Origin: Octopus vulgaris
Lineage: Eukaryota
NCBI GenBank assembly: GCA_951406725.2
Contig: OX597828.1
Location: 37,882,001-37,946,000, forward strand
Length of the DNA stretch: 64,000 nucleotides
Direction: 5' to 3'
Of the stretch, positions 39,125 to 52,859 are shown in pieces; positions within the stretch are counted from its first letter, which is position 1, and each line of letters opens with the position of its first letter. A model generated the notes under the pieces. The model did no database searches and was not told where the DNA came from. It was given only the letters and a program-made list of their open reading frames with translations. A program made the position numbers and the translations under genes.

Positions 39125-41880
39125 AAGTTTCATTTAATAAACACATTATGTTTTTTATGTGCTACTATTGTTTTCATAGGATCAGAGCATGCCAGATAGT
39201 ATTTTTGTTTAACACGTCTATTGTCTCAGCACAATCTTCAGACACTGCCCACGTAGCATAAGAAACTAAAAATGGGACGATAGGATGGTAGAAAAAGAGA
39301 AAAAGAGGTGAGAAAGATGTAGATCTAATCTAAAAGTGAAACGCTGAAGAGGCGGAAAACGAAAATGAAAACAAGAAAACAGAGAAAGAAAAGAGAAAAC
39401 AATATTTCAATAATATTTAACTCTCACCAGATGGAGTACTTTTTTTTTATTACTCTGAGCTTCACAGAACCGTACACCATATGCCTCTACACTTGGATCT
39501 ATATTGCAAATTCATAACCTTCATATGTTTGGCGTGATGGCTTCGCTAAGTTGTGTGACCCTAAGGATTTTACCAATTTACGCACTATTATGGATTTATA
39601 CCACATGAATTACTCTGCGGAAAATAAACCTGCACCAACGAATCACTTATATAAACTTACACCACTGAATAACCTAGGATACCTCTCGAGAAAGTTGAAG
39701 ACTTCGTGAGATGGATGAGATGGAAAGCCTTAAATTTTGATATTATCGTCAGGTGCTACGGAACGTAACAATTTAAGGATATGTAAATACCCTCCTACGG
39801 TTAAAAGCTTAGTACCATTTTAGGCAGACCTCCTTGACTTACTTACCAATATCACATTCTGTAAGAACCACAACTCGTTTCAGACCAAAATGTGATCTGG
39901 TATTAAAAACTTTACACCTTCTAAAACGGAGTTCATATTTCCACTAAATATAAGAAAGCTAACACAGACAGATACAACAATATTAACGATGAAACTAAAT
40001 TGCTCTCTAAACGTAGTTAAATCGACGATAGATTAGAATGGATAGCCTAAAGGGAAGCTTATATTACTTTAAAAGACCATAAAGCTACTTTTCGTAATAA
40101 ATGTGTCTGTAGTTTGTTAAACCCAGCGAGGACTGAAATCGAGATAGTAGCTAAGAAACTCTAAGAAACGTTTATGATAAAATTAGAGAGACCACTAAGC
40201 GACAACAGTAGAATGACCGACTTACTGTTGTAGATTGGTTCAAGAACATTAAAAATAAGCACACGGCTAGATTCACACAATTCGATATTATAGATTTCTA
40301 ACCTCATATCGAGATCACTGCTTGATAAACCCTGTAGACCTGGACCTTTATCATGCAGCGAAGAAATCACTACTGATTAGTAAGGGCTCAGCATGGGTAA
40401 AATGTCGGATAGTGAGGAATTGTTCGATGTACCGATGTGATCGTACGAGAGTGTTGACGTCTGCAATCTTGTGGGTCTCTTTGTATTAAACACATTGAAA
40501 TCTAAGTACGCACTTCTCGACATGTGCCTATACCGAGAAAACGAATTGGATAGTTCCCATGAGTATGATAGACACATCCTTGATAAATCTAGGAAGCAAC
40601 TTACCTCTACATTCAGTCAATTAGGCCTCAAACTCACTGTCGCTACAAATCTGTCTGATGTTGACATTTTAGATTGTTTTTCTAGACCTGAAATCTTCTT
40701 CTTATAAACCTTACCATAAGCCCAACGAGAAACTTTCCTATATACATAACCCGTCTTATTATCCCCTGTAATATTTAAAAACCAGATAGCTAATATTAGT
40801 AACAAGCTTTCTTAGCTTTTTTCCTTTAAAGAAATTTTCGAGAAGGCAGCACACTACTAAAACAACTCCCTATCCAATAATGATACACCTAATTATAGAT
40901 CTGGGAAAATATTTTGCTTCGCCCCACCCCCACTAATATAAAAACTAACATATTTAAAAGTTTCCTGTCTCTCCTAGACAAACATTTCCCAGAAAATCAC
41001 AGGTACAGGAAAATATTTAAGAGGAACTCAGTGAAATTATCATATAGCTGCTGCCCCAATATGAAAAGCATCCTTACACGAGAACAACACCAAGGACCAC
41101 TTCCAGTTGTAACTGTTGAAATTCGGGAAACTGTCAACTTGACCTGAGACGTCTCAAAAAATCCGTCATATATGAGGCAGAAGTAACAGCAACGCTAGAT
41201 TATAACACGACCGGTAAGAAGAGTTATATCGAACTATATGGAAAGTGAATTAAAAAATCGCAATGCTAATCACATATCTTCCTTTCGACAAAGGAATAAA
41301 GTAAAGCTACTGAGTTGGCTAGTCACGTATGGGGTTCGAAGTTGAGCCCCACGCCACATAAGATAAAGTGAAAAAGAGACGAAAAATTGACACCATATGT
41401 TACCAGTTCAAAAACGTGTACGCTATGTTGAGCTGAAAGAACTTATATGGTTTTCAAATCTAAGAGCATTAAAATATTGCTGAATTCTAGATACGAAATT
41501 TTCAGCGGTTATAAACAATTGGCTGAGTTCCTGTTGACGAACTGGAAAGTACTACTCTCTCGGGGTTAAACAGATGAACCGCAGATTCTAACCTACTATA
41601 TTTCTAGCCTTATATTTTAGGGTCAAAGACGAAATACATCTAATTCTTCCAACCCTTTGGTTCTTTCTGTTTTCTTTCTCAATTTCGGTTTTTCAGCCTT
41701 CCACATTTTATATCTACTTCTTTCTCGCACGCTATCGTCCCGTTTTTAGTTTCTTATGCTATGTGGTCAGTGCCTGAAGAAAATTACGCTGAGACACCAG
41801 ACGTGTTGAAATATACTGTCTGGCATGCTCTCATCGCATGAAACTAATATGACGTGAAAATATACATTGAGTTTATCAGA
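39125..41880 (+). mobile_element. Near full-length degenerate Penelope-like element (Naiad-like) with inverted pLTRs
   Basis: Broken ORF about 39480-41550: AYITLKDHK..LLNPA; FDVPM*SY...CNLVGLF; LYR; KSFLSLLDKHFP..KIFKRNSVKLSYSCCPNM; CNC..C.L..SVIYEAEV...SYI (GIY-YIG); CTLC.AE; LLNSRYEI. 39150-39360 is an inverted copy of 41680-41860, and both contain a CTGAAGA box. Confidence 0.85.
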
Positions 41881-41934
41881 TTATATATATATACATATAC
41901 ATATATACTTTCTCATTATTTTCACATTTTCACT

Positions 41935-42092
41935 TTTTATTTTCTCTCCTTGGTTCTTTTGGTGTTCCTTTCTGTGAAAAGCGTAGTCTTGAAACCATAA
42001 AGACTTTTTCATTTCTCGGGCGTTATACTAGTACATCTGTTTGTTGTCTGCAGCACCTGTCTCGTCATTTGTTTTTTTTTTGTGAATTCTTC
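41935..42092 (+). mobile_element. Repeat family D copy
   Basis: CTTTCTGTGAAAAGCGTAGTCTTGAAACCATAAAGAC..., ending at (TA)n. Confidence 0.7.
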
Positions 42093-42093
42093 C

Positions 42094-42157
<64 letters not shown>

Positions 42158-42204
42158 TAGATAGATGGATAGATAGATAGGTAAATATATATATATATAT
42201 ATAT

Positions 42205-42251
<47 letters not shown>

Positions 42252-42350
42252 TATATATATATATATATATTTATACGTAGGTACACATCCAGTAGTATAT
42301 TGGATATTTTATCTATATATATATATATATTTATCTAACTCTCTCTCTCT

Positions 42351-42440
<90 letters not shown>

Positions 42441-42696
42441 ATATATATACGTATATATATGTACGTATGTATGCATGTATGTATATGTGCCTATTTGATG
42501 ATTGTCGAACACCACATTTCGACGATGTGGCTTTTAACTGTATCGAGTGAATCCCCCGTCCCTAAATTACCATTTACGTAGATGACCGTTTTACTAACCA
42601 AGTTTATAATTAATTGAAATTCTCAACATGAATCAGCAGGATATAACTTGTGATAAGGCCATAGGAAATGACACATAAACAAGACGCCATGGTATG

Positions 42697-42916
42697 TATT
42701 TCTTAACTACCCACAAGTGGTTAAACACAAAGGGGACAAACAAAGACACACAACCGGATTAAGTCGGTTACATCGACCCCAGTGCGTAACTGGTACTTAA
42801 TTTATCGACCCCGAAAGGATGAAGGGCAAAGTCGACCTCGGCGGAATTTGAACTCAGAACGTACCGGAAGACGAAATACGGCTACGCATTTCGCCCGGCG
42901 TGCTAACGTTTCTGCC
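42697..42916 (-). mobile_element. SINE family B
   Basis: Reverse complement of family B. 17-bp TSD CAAGACGCCA(T/C)GGTATG at 42680-42696 and 42916-42932. Confidence 0.9.
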
Positions 42917-43412
42917 AAGACGCCACGGTATGGGATCGATATGTAAAGCAACCTTGATCATTCGGCCATTATTGAGGTCATCAATATATGTGTGTTTATG
43001 TGTATGTGTGTTAATGTGTATGCGTGCCTGTGTGCGTGTGTGTTCATATGTGTGTGTGTGTGTGTGTATGTGTGTGTCTCTGTGTGTGTCTCTGTGTGTG
43101 TGTGTGTATACCAAAGAGTCCGAAAAAAGTGATCCTGCAATTTCTTGCTAAGCAACCAGTATGAATGATTTGTTTATAGTAACTCATCAAATGTTTGTGT
43201 TACATTCCTCATTTTCTTAATCAAATCGGCGTTACCTGCACAGGTGCAAGTTGCACTGCACCACAGATATATAAAGTTATCGCAGAATAATTTGAGATGC
43301 TGTCTTTTGCTGGAGAACACGACACTCCACCGAATCTGTGTGCGAAACACCCAAGTTATTAGGCCATGCACTCTCATACATAGATACACACAACATACAT
43401 GTGTATGTATGT

Positions 43413-43744
43413 ATCTTGTAGTGTCTTCGGAAGATCATTACGCCAATAATAACATCACACGCGCTGGTCCAATATAACTTCTTTATTGTTAGTCAATTGG
43501 TTAAATCCTCTCTCACTCCAATGTCTACTCTCAGACTGTGCAGGAAGAGGGAAGTCACTGAAAATGTAGCAAACAGCGATGAAAGCACTTTGACTTACAA
43601 ACAACCGGTTGGTTGACTTTTTAATCAGGACAGTCAATCGATTAGTTAGTCAATTAGATATTTCATCAATTGAATAACAATAAAGAAGTGATATTGACCC
43701 AGGGAGTGTGTTAATATAATGGCCCTCTCAAGACACAGCAAGAT
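43413..43744. mobile_element. MITE-like element with ~90-bp diverged terminal inverted repeats
   Basis: 43413-43506 matches the reverse complement of 43660-43744 (ATCTTG..GTGTCTT...CAATAT.ACTTCTTTATTGTTA.TCAATTG.T.AAAT). Confidence 0.65.
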
Positions 43745-43819
43745 TTGGTTCAACACACGAATCACATCAAAGATCATCCAAGCCAAATACAAAGACTGGA
43801 CTGCTTAACTCAATAGGTT

Positions 43820-43975
43820 TTTTCATTCTCTCTGTATTTATTTCCTCTTATTCCTTTCTGTCGAAGAACGTAGACTCGAAACTTAAAAGTTTTTTCATTT
43901 CCCTGAGTGTCAAACAAATTACTCTTGCTCGTTGTTCAGACACTTGTCTCCGTCTTTTTTTCTATAAATTTCAAT

Positions 43976-43977
<2 letters not shown>
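43820..43977 (+). mobile_element. Repeat family D copy
   Basis: CTTTCTGTCGAAGAACGTAGACTCGAAACTTAAAAG..., ending at (TA)n. Confidence 0.75.
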
Positions 43978-44032
<55 letters not shown>

Positions 44033-44186
44033 ACATACATGCATCCATATATATATACGTTCACATACGCCCATAGACACACGTATACATATATGTATAT
44101 ACTCATACAAAGAACTACACTCTGAAGGAAAAATATCAACGTGCATATATACATATATATACATATATAAACGCCTACATGCATCA

Positions 44187-44230
<44 letters not shown>

Positions 44231-44939
44231 GCACATTCACATTTTTCCTTCAGAGTGTACTTCTTTGTATGAGTATATACATATATGTACACGTTTGTCC
44301 ATGGGCGTATGTGAACGTATTGCGTGAATGAGTGCGGGCGTGTATGTGTGTGTGTGTGTATGCGTGTGCAAGTGTGTTTCTACGTGTTTGTAGCGTGTAC
44401 GCGTGTGTCTGGCTGCCTAGGCATTCGTTCAAATCATTCACTATAGGAGGAAAAAAATACCCTGTCGTCGTTTATAACATAACGATAATAAAGCTATATC
44501 TAGCAAACAGTAATAAAGTGAAGAACTGAATCCACCAGAGTAGGATAAATTGTAATATTTCAGCGATCGGATGACAGTTATGTCCGCTCATTATGAACGC
44601 CAGCCATATTTACGGCGATTACATTTCTAGATATTGCCTGTAAATGAGGTCTAGAAATTAGGTTTGGCAATAGGAATTGTATCCTCATTTCATTTGTTGT
44701 TAGTTTCTGAAACTTGTAACTATTTTGCTTATTTATTTTTTTTTGTGTGTTTCTTTTTTTTTTTTCCTTTTTTATTCTCTCAAGAAAGAAAGAAAGGAAA
44801 AGACAAAAATGTATTGTCCATTGTTTCCGGTTGTATACTTTGATCGATGAAATTTTATTTCCGAATGATACCTTCACAAAACAACGTTTTCATCTTTATC
44901 ATTTGCATAGTTCTTGCCATCATCATCACCATCATCATT

Positions 44940-44975
<36 letters not shown>

Positions 44976-44976
44976 G

Positions 44977-45018
<42 letters not shown>

Positions 45019-45596
45019 CCACCACCACCACCATCATCATCGTTATCATCATCACCACCTTTTATCATCATCACTATCGTCGTATTTGTCGTCGTCATCG
45101 TCGTCATCATCTACATCATCTCCGTCAATACCATCGGGATCATCATCATCATCTTCATCACCATTAGAATTGCCATCATGATTACCACGATCATGATGAT
45201 GATGATGATCATGAGGATGATGATAATCATCAGCATCATCATTATCAAAATCGTTCTCGTCATCGTCAGCGGCAGCAGTAACAGTCTCAGTAAATTATTT
45301 CGGCCGGGTACTTCTGGTAATCTATCCAGTTTTCTTCCTTTTCTGCTGTTATTATTGTTGATGATAATGTTGATGTTGATGATGATGTTGATGATGGTGA
45401 TGATGACAATTTCCAAATCGAGTATGCCAAATTGAATACATGCGTTCTATTACGTAGGGGAAAATCTTCCATTTCTAGTAAGCTATCCAATATATGGCAT
45501 TCACTTCACCTGATTACAAAGTCTCTTTTCAGGTATTCGGAAGCCACCCCCACACACACTGATGCAAATATACATATGTTTATGGTTATATGCATG

Positions 45597-45679
<83 letters not shown>

Positions 45680-45773
45680 CATATATGCATATATACATAT
45701 GGAAATGCGATAATACCAGCTGGAAATACCAGCGATAATAATTATTTTTATTTTATCGCAATTTGACTTGTTT

Positions 45774-45817
<44 letters not shown>

Positions 45818-45839
45818 TATAAATTGAATGCTACGCATC

Positions 45840-46490
45840 TATTTCCAAGTAAGTCTCTCTTAATCTTTTTTATGCGACTCTACTCTACACTGTTTTCTCC
45901 CCCATAGTTTTCTCTCTCATTCTTTTTTCTCTCCCATCCTTTTCTCGAGTTCCCTTTTTCCCCCCTTACCGTTTTCTATCTGTCTGTTTCTCTTCCCACT
46001 TTCGTTGCTCAAACGTGACCATCGTCCCTCTTGCTTTTCCGCACGTGATCATTTTTTCTTTTCGTTCAGGACTATCCTAAGGACTGGACGTATCCTATCT
46101 CTCTCTTCTATCTTTTCTCTTGTCAAAGAAAATATATTTCCAACGTTCGCTATTTTACCTTCGTTCTGGTCTGACGACCCTCCATGTTTGCTTTCGTTCG
46201 GTTTCCTTTTATGTCGCCACTGTCCTGGTTTTCTTCCTAACTTTGACCCTCCATAAATCCCAAATTTTATTTTGGTACTTAGGGGAACAACTGTCTTCAA
46301 AGACTCATATTGTCGTTGAATGCTCGAAAAGAGGAGTAGAGAGACAGCCGGCAACTGATGAAAGATCGTTCTTTGTGTTACTTCTCCTGTTTTCCATTCT
46401 TTCTCTCGTTGGTTGCATATTGAACTCATTTATCTTCGTATTTCATGGCGTTTCTTGTTGATGACGTCCTGTACCCATGTATGCATATGT
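45840..46490 (+). mobile_element. Repeat family E, copy 2 (carries rearranged HHR-like motif)
   Basis: Homologous 3' region to 29040-29290(-). The left boundary is approximate and lies near (TA)n. Confidence 0.65.
46304..46371 (+). ncRNA. Candidate non-circularly permuted hammerhead ribozyme
   Basis: CTC-A-TA|TTGTCG-tt-GAATGCTC-GAAA-A-GAG-(15 nt)-CGGCAA-CTGATGA-aa-GATCGTTC. Homologue at 29214-29146(-). Confidence 0.5.
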
Positions 46491-46697
46491 ATTATAGAAA
46501 AGAAGGTTTAATTTTATCCACATAGCATTTTCTGATAAATAAAGTTATTATCTGTTATTATATATTTGTTATTTTTATAAAGATAAATCTGTCCTCAAAT
46601 ATCTTACGCACCCTGTCTATAAAATGTTTAGAAATATACGTCTACATAAAATACGCACATATACACATGGATAAATATAATACACACACACATTCAC

Positions 46698-46884
<187 letters not shown>

Positions 46885-47296
46885 GATTGATTTATTGATT
46901 TAGATATATATTCATAGATACATACATGCGTGTATGCATGTTTGTCTGTTTTGAAAAAAAAATGGGGGGGTCGAAGAAGGCTCCAGTATGCCGGACTAAA
47001 ATCTTTTACTGTACATCGGCGTCATTCGTATTTTCTTTCTTCTTTTGTAAACTGCTTAATAGGTGGCAGAGGGGTACAATGTATTCATCTGTTGAAGGAT
47101 TCGGGGTTTTGTTGTGGGAATTTGCTTTCTGCCCATGAATCTGCGCTAGATTCGTTCAACAGAATTCATTTAGCAGAAATCATATATGAGCAGGCAAATC
47201 ATGATGTGAGATTTCACGAAGGGTCAATCAGCCTGTTTCTCTTACCACCTACCAATTTTTTGTTCAAATTTTCTTTTTCCTTCTCTCCCCCTTTAC

Positions 47297-47331
<35 letters not shown>

Positions 47332-47761
47332 TTTTGGCATGCAGTTAAATGAGAAAGCGGTTACTCGATGTCCTGCACACTGGGAGCGAACCGATGATAA
47401 CATAGTTTCAAAGCGTACTTCTTCACTACATAGCCGTACCATTTCCTTTCCAACAGTTAACTTCTCTTTTTTCCTATAACACTCCTGTTTCTGTTAACGA
47501 AGAGAAAATCACATAAATGGGATACGCCTGTTTTCCTTTCTCACTCGTTGATGTCTCTAATCTGCCGATTATGGAACTGCTTCGACAAAAAGAACAAGCA
47601 ATTGTGATATGTTTTTCTCTTTTTATGATAGGCACACTAATTAGGAAGAATATAGTAGCGAGTGGTTTTCGGTTGTTTTGCAGCTTCGATACTTATTATT
47701 GCACATATTACCTACCATACTTTGTTTCATTTTTTTTTAGATACATAAGTAGATAATCTAC

Positions 47762-47832
<71 letters not shown>

Positions 47833-47841
47833 ATATCCATA

Positions 47842-47877
<36 letters not shown>

Positions 47878-47887
47878 CGTATATCTC

Positions 47888-47929
<42 letters not shown>

Positions 47930-47931
47930 CG

Positions 47932-47968
<37 letters not shown>

Positions 47969-48005
47969 TTACCTATCTATGTTTGCATATCCATATATAT
48001 ATATA

Positions 48006-48190
48006 GTTGGAATTTAGATAAAAACAAAACACGAAGATAAGGGTGAGAACAACAAGCAGGTGTATTAGTTTAGCGCTCGGGAAATTGAGAAAGTTTTTTA
48101 CGTTTCAAGCCTACGCTCTTCAACAGAACGGAATAAGAGAAAATAAACGCAGAGAGAATAAAAAGAAACTTATAGATTTAGCGATCAAGC
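48006..48190 (-). mobile_element. Repeat family D copy
   Basis: Minus strand TTCTGTTGAAGAGCGTAGGCTTGAAACGTAAAAAAC..., ending at (TA)n near 48005. Confidence 0.75.
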
Positions 48191-48827
48191 ATGGCGACTG
48201 GTTGGGAAAAAAATTATGACAGGAGAGGTAGAATGAAGGGGAGATAAAAAAGTATTAGTGATACCAAAATGAAGGTGCGCATTCGTGTGTGTGTATGTGA
48301 GAATGTATAAGTGTATGATATGCCTGCATGTATATACATATATTTAATATATATATTTATATATACACACACACGTTCAATGAATTTATGTATTATATAG
48401 TATCGTTAATTTGTTCAAAATAGAACCAGAAAAGCAACTACAAGTACGACTCTATACATAGAGTGAAATTTAATAATAGTCATTCGAGTGGGAATTCAGA
48501 ATTCGCCCTTCTCAGGGTTAAAGCCGAAACGTTCAAACCAATTTAAGCAATATATGTCTGTATGTGCGAGTGAGTATGCATGTATATATGTATTTATGCA
48601 TTTATGTATGGATGAACGGGTGTAAGTATGCATGCATGCATGCATCTATGTATGCATGTAGGTAGGATAAACCTCACATAAAAATATGTATATGTGTATT
48701 CATCTCCAAGCATACATATCTTTGTGAGTGTTATTCAATAGCTGACTATTTGTATGATTTAATTTTAAATTATATACATTTTGTTATGTTTAAGCCATGC
48801 TGGAGCACCATATACATACATATATAC

Positions 48828-48890
<63 letters not shown>

Positions 48891-49160
48891 TATATGTATA
48901 TATACATATATATATGTATATATATATATACACACACATACATATATATTTATATAAATACCTATATATACAGTTATACATATATACATATGCATTTATA
49001 TATATATATACATATACATACATATATATATATATACATGTATATATATATACATATAAATATATAATTTATGCATATATAAAAATATGAAGTTCATATT
49101 TATGCGTATATATGTATGGATAGGAAATACATTATATATCAATTTATGTTTTATAAAAAT

Positions 49161-49227
<67 letters not shown>

Positions 49228-49736
49228 CGTGTGTGTGTGTGAATGTATATACATAACTATATATACATATATATATATATACATATATATATATGTGTGT
49301 GTATGTATGTATATAATATACGCTACCTCTATAATACATATATTATGCGTATATAAATTATATTAGAGATAATAATGTTGTCAAGTAATATTTATCCTAT
49401 CAATAGAACAGCTGAAGATCTTAATCTAATTTCGTGCTACCTTTCCTTATATGACAGAAAATATTACCGTGTATAGATATCTTTTCACAGAAACAAACCC
49501 GCACACATGCATGCCATCACACATACAAATGTATGTGTGTGTGTGTGTGTGTTATTGTTATGTGTATGCGGAGACGCAAGCGGGTTTTTTGTTCTCTCAC
49601 AGATTAGAATCTCTTACGTATATCTCACACACTTCTTCACAACAATGCAGCTAAGTTATTTTCTTTTAGTCCCAGAGTATATACGCATCGGTATGTGTAT
49701 GTGTGTGTGTGCGTAGGGAAGCGTGTGCATGTGTTT

Positions 49737-49772
<36 letters not shown>

Positions 49773-49892
49773 TGTTATTCTTAATCCCCAAATTCCAACG
49801 ACTTTATAAAAAAAGAGGAAAGATTGTATGCGAATGGAGAAATATGTCCTACCTGATCACCAGTTTCGAATCTCCAGAATTATACTAAAGGG

Positions 49893-49962
<70 letters not shown>

Positions 49963-50977
49963 CATCATTATTATTATTATTATTGTTATTATTATTATTA
50001 AAAACATCATCGACTATATTTGTGTGTGTATATACGCACACATATGTAAATACAAGCATGCATATTTTTGAGATAACCCATAATGATATCCACACGCATA
50101 AGCATATGACACACATTTATACACGTATATACACGCGCACGCACACACACACACACACACACACATACACACACATGTATATATGTATATATATATATAT
50201 ATATGTGTGTGTATATATATATGTATATATATATATATATAAATACATATATATGTATATTTGTGTATATATAAATATATTAATATATATATATGTATAT
50301 ATACGTATGAGTATATTTATATTTATATGTGTATCTATATATGTATGTATATATATATATATTTATACATACATACGTATGTATGTATGTATGTATGTAT
50401 GTATGTATGTATGTATGTATGTATGAAAGTATGTATATGAAAATATGGCCGTAGAAATTTCTAGATACTCTTCGTATATTTTAATTCCCCCCTTCTTTTA
50501 GCAGATCTTGCTATTTATAATATTTCTATAAACAGTAAAAAGATTATCGAAACTATCTCCGTTTCAATATTTTCCTATTATCCATAAGTTCTATTTTCAT
50601 TCTAAATGCCCATCTATTTTTTCCTTTATTATTATTATTATTCTTATCTAATGTACGATTTAGCTATTGAGCCCGCCTGAACGTTGTCTGTCGTTAAACT
50701 GTGCATGACGGATTTGATGTCAAAAGGTCTTGTCTGAGGTTTTGTTATTCTAACTGCACAACTGTGACACAGAATTTTATTTCAGTCGGCTTAATCATTT
50801 ATGGGTTTTTTGGTCATCGATACACTACATATCTGGACCAAAAAGAAAAAAAAATGGAAAAAATACGGTAGAATTGTTTTTAGGCTGGCGTGAACATTAA
50901 CACTTACAGGGTCATAGACCAGATGATGTGCGATGAATACTTTGTATACATACACATACACGAACACACACATATTG

Positions 50978-51005
<28 letters not shown>

Positions 51006-51008
<3 letters not shown>

Positions 51009-51212
51009 CAATTGCGGATAAAATCTTTATAAGAAATTATCAGTAGTTAGCGTGAAAAACCTCGTAAGAGAAAAAATCCGTAAATTTTTCCACTTTGAAA
51101 ATATTTATTTATATTATATTGAGGGTACTACTATTCGTAGATACCACACGCTAAAGAGGGACCAATGCGGTCAAAACTACTAAAATAAACAAAATTAGCG
51201 TGCGGTATCTCA
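51006..51212. repeat. Asymmetric fold-back element between (TA)n tracts
   Basis: AGATACCACACGCTAA (51139-51154) and TTAGCGTGCGGTATCT (51195-51210), 1 mismatch, 40-nt spacer. Confidence 0.55.
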
Positions 51213-52859
51213 ATATATATATATATTTATATATGCATAAATATATATATATATGTATATGCATACATAAATATATACAATATATATACATATATATATA
51301 TATATGCATATGTATAAATGGATAGATAGATAGATAAATAGATCTTTAATGTATAATTCTGGTGTCTGTGTGTACATATATGCATGTATGTATGTATATA
51401 TTTGTTGTGTGAATATGAATGCGGGCGTGTATATGTTTCTATATTGCAAGTGCTCGCTCGCAGGCGTGTGCTATTAACGTGACATTTGACATTTGCTAAT
51501 ATGCATACAAATCGGCATCCATGGATGCATATATCCACATATACATACACACACAGAATCACAAAAGCATGTAAGTAAAAAGATGCAATAATGTGATATT
51601 CAATATATATTTAGTAGTCGCAAACATGCGAGCTGGTATATCTCTTGCTACCAAGATACGGTAAATAAATTTATTGCCAGCAATATTTACTTTTATATGT
51701 CTATATTGATTTCTAGTTTAAGCACATGTCAACAGTTTTTTGAAGAAAGAATAGCTAAAGAACATTTAGTCTTCATATAAAATTGATAATTATACAGGAA
51801 GGAACGAGTAACTGGAACTTCGGCGTAGACCTCTTGATTTCGATTAGCTTAGTGTTGCGCTTAGATTGAACTTATTCTGTCAGGAAGCATAAGATTCTAG
51901 TGTTATATTGTTATTTATTTTGCACCCTTAATGCTTTATTTTGCTCCTTTACTGAAGTTCATATTGGTTTCCACATTCAATACTTCTGTGACTAATGGAA
52001 AGTAAGGAGAGAGAAATGTATCTTTAAACCGGAAGTCTGGGGGCGAATATTTAAACCAGATTTGGTTCCGCTAAAAGATACCAAATATCATGGTGACGGT
52101 GTTAAACAGGGGTTCCAAATAAGCCCCCAGCCAAATTAGACTACAGTGGGATTTGAGCTTCGGAAGAAATGGAACGAATGAGTAATGGTTTCTCATTCGA
52201 TGTTCTAATGATTCCACAGGTCCACCGTTCTTGACGGCTAATTTTTTTATGGACCCCAGAAAATGGCATCACAAAGAGGACCAACGTTTATTTATAGTCA
52301 AATAGAAGGACAGTGATCAGCCAAATCATTACTCTAGTGTGAAAGTATGTTTATCGATCCTAGAAGAGTGAAAGACTTGTGTTTGAATTAGTTGAGATTT
52401 GGACACTACCAAATTCACTCAAGATCTATAATAATTTTGTGAACAATAACTTCGCTGATATAGACTTTCAATGTACAAAATATTCAGACTATTTTGAACG
52501 AAGAGGATCACCAGAGATGTCTGTCTTTAAAAATATTTCTTAAAGTACAAAATTACGAATGAGACCGTTCCAAATTCTGATAGACGGGAGCAGAAATTTT
52601 CTGTCCTAGAGGTTGGTCTTCACATCATGCATTGAGTGGTCATGCTTCTCATGAAATTATAATCTCCTGTAAAACGGCCTCTTCCTACTTCAATGTTTGC
52701 ATAGCAGTGACTTGGAAGAAAGAAAGACGTCGACCAACCTACCTTGTCGATATATATTTAACTCGTAGGGTAGTAAAACAAAGCCTGTTTAAAAGGCTTT
52801 CTTAGTCCGGTGTTCTCCTCATATCCCTATTCTTATTCCCTTTCATTGCATTCATAATA

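Noticed and set aside
41100-41440. In-frame TGA codons near Cys motifs of the Naiad-like PLE as selenocysteine
   Set aside because: The TGAs fall after CNC and CTLC, not at the cysteine positions, and the ORF has many other stops and frameshifts, so this is ordinary decay.
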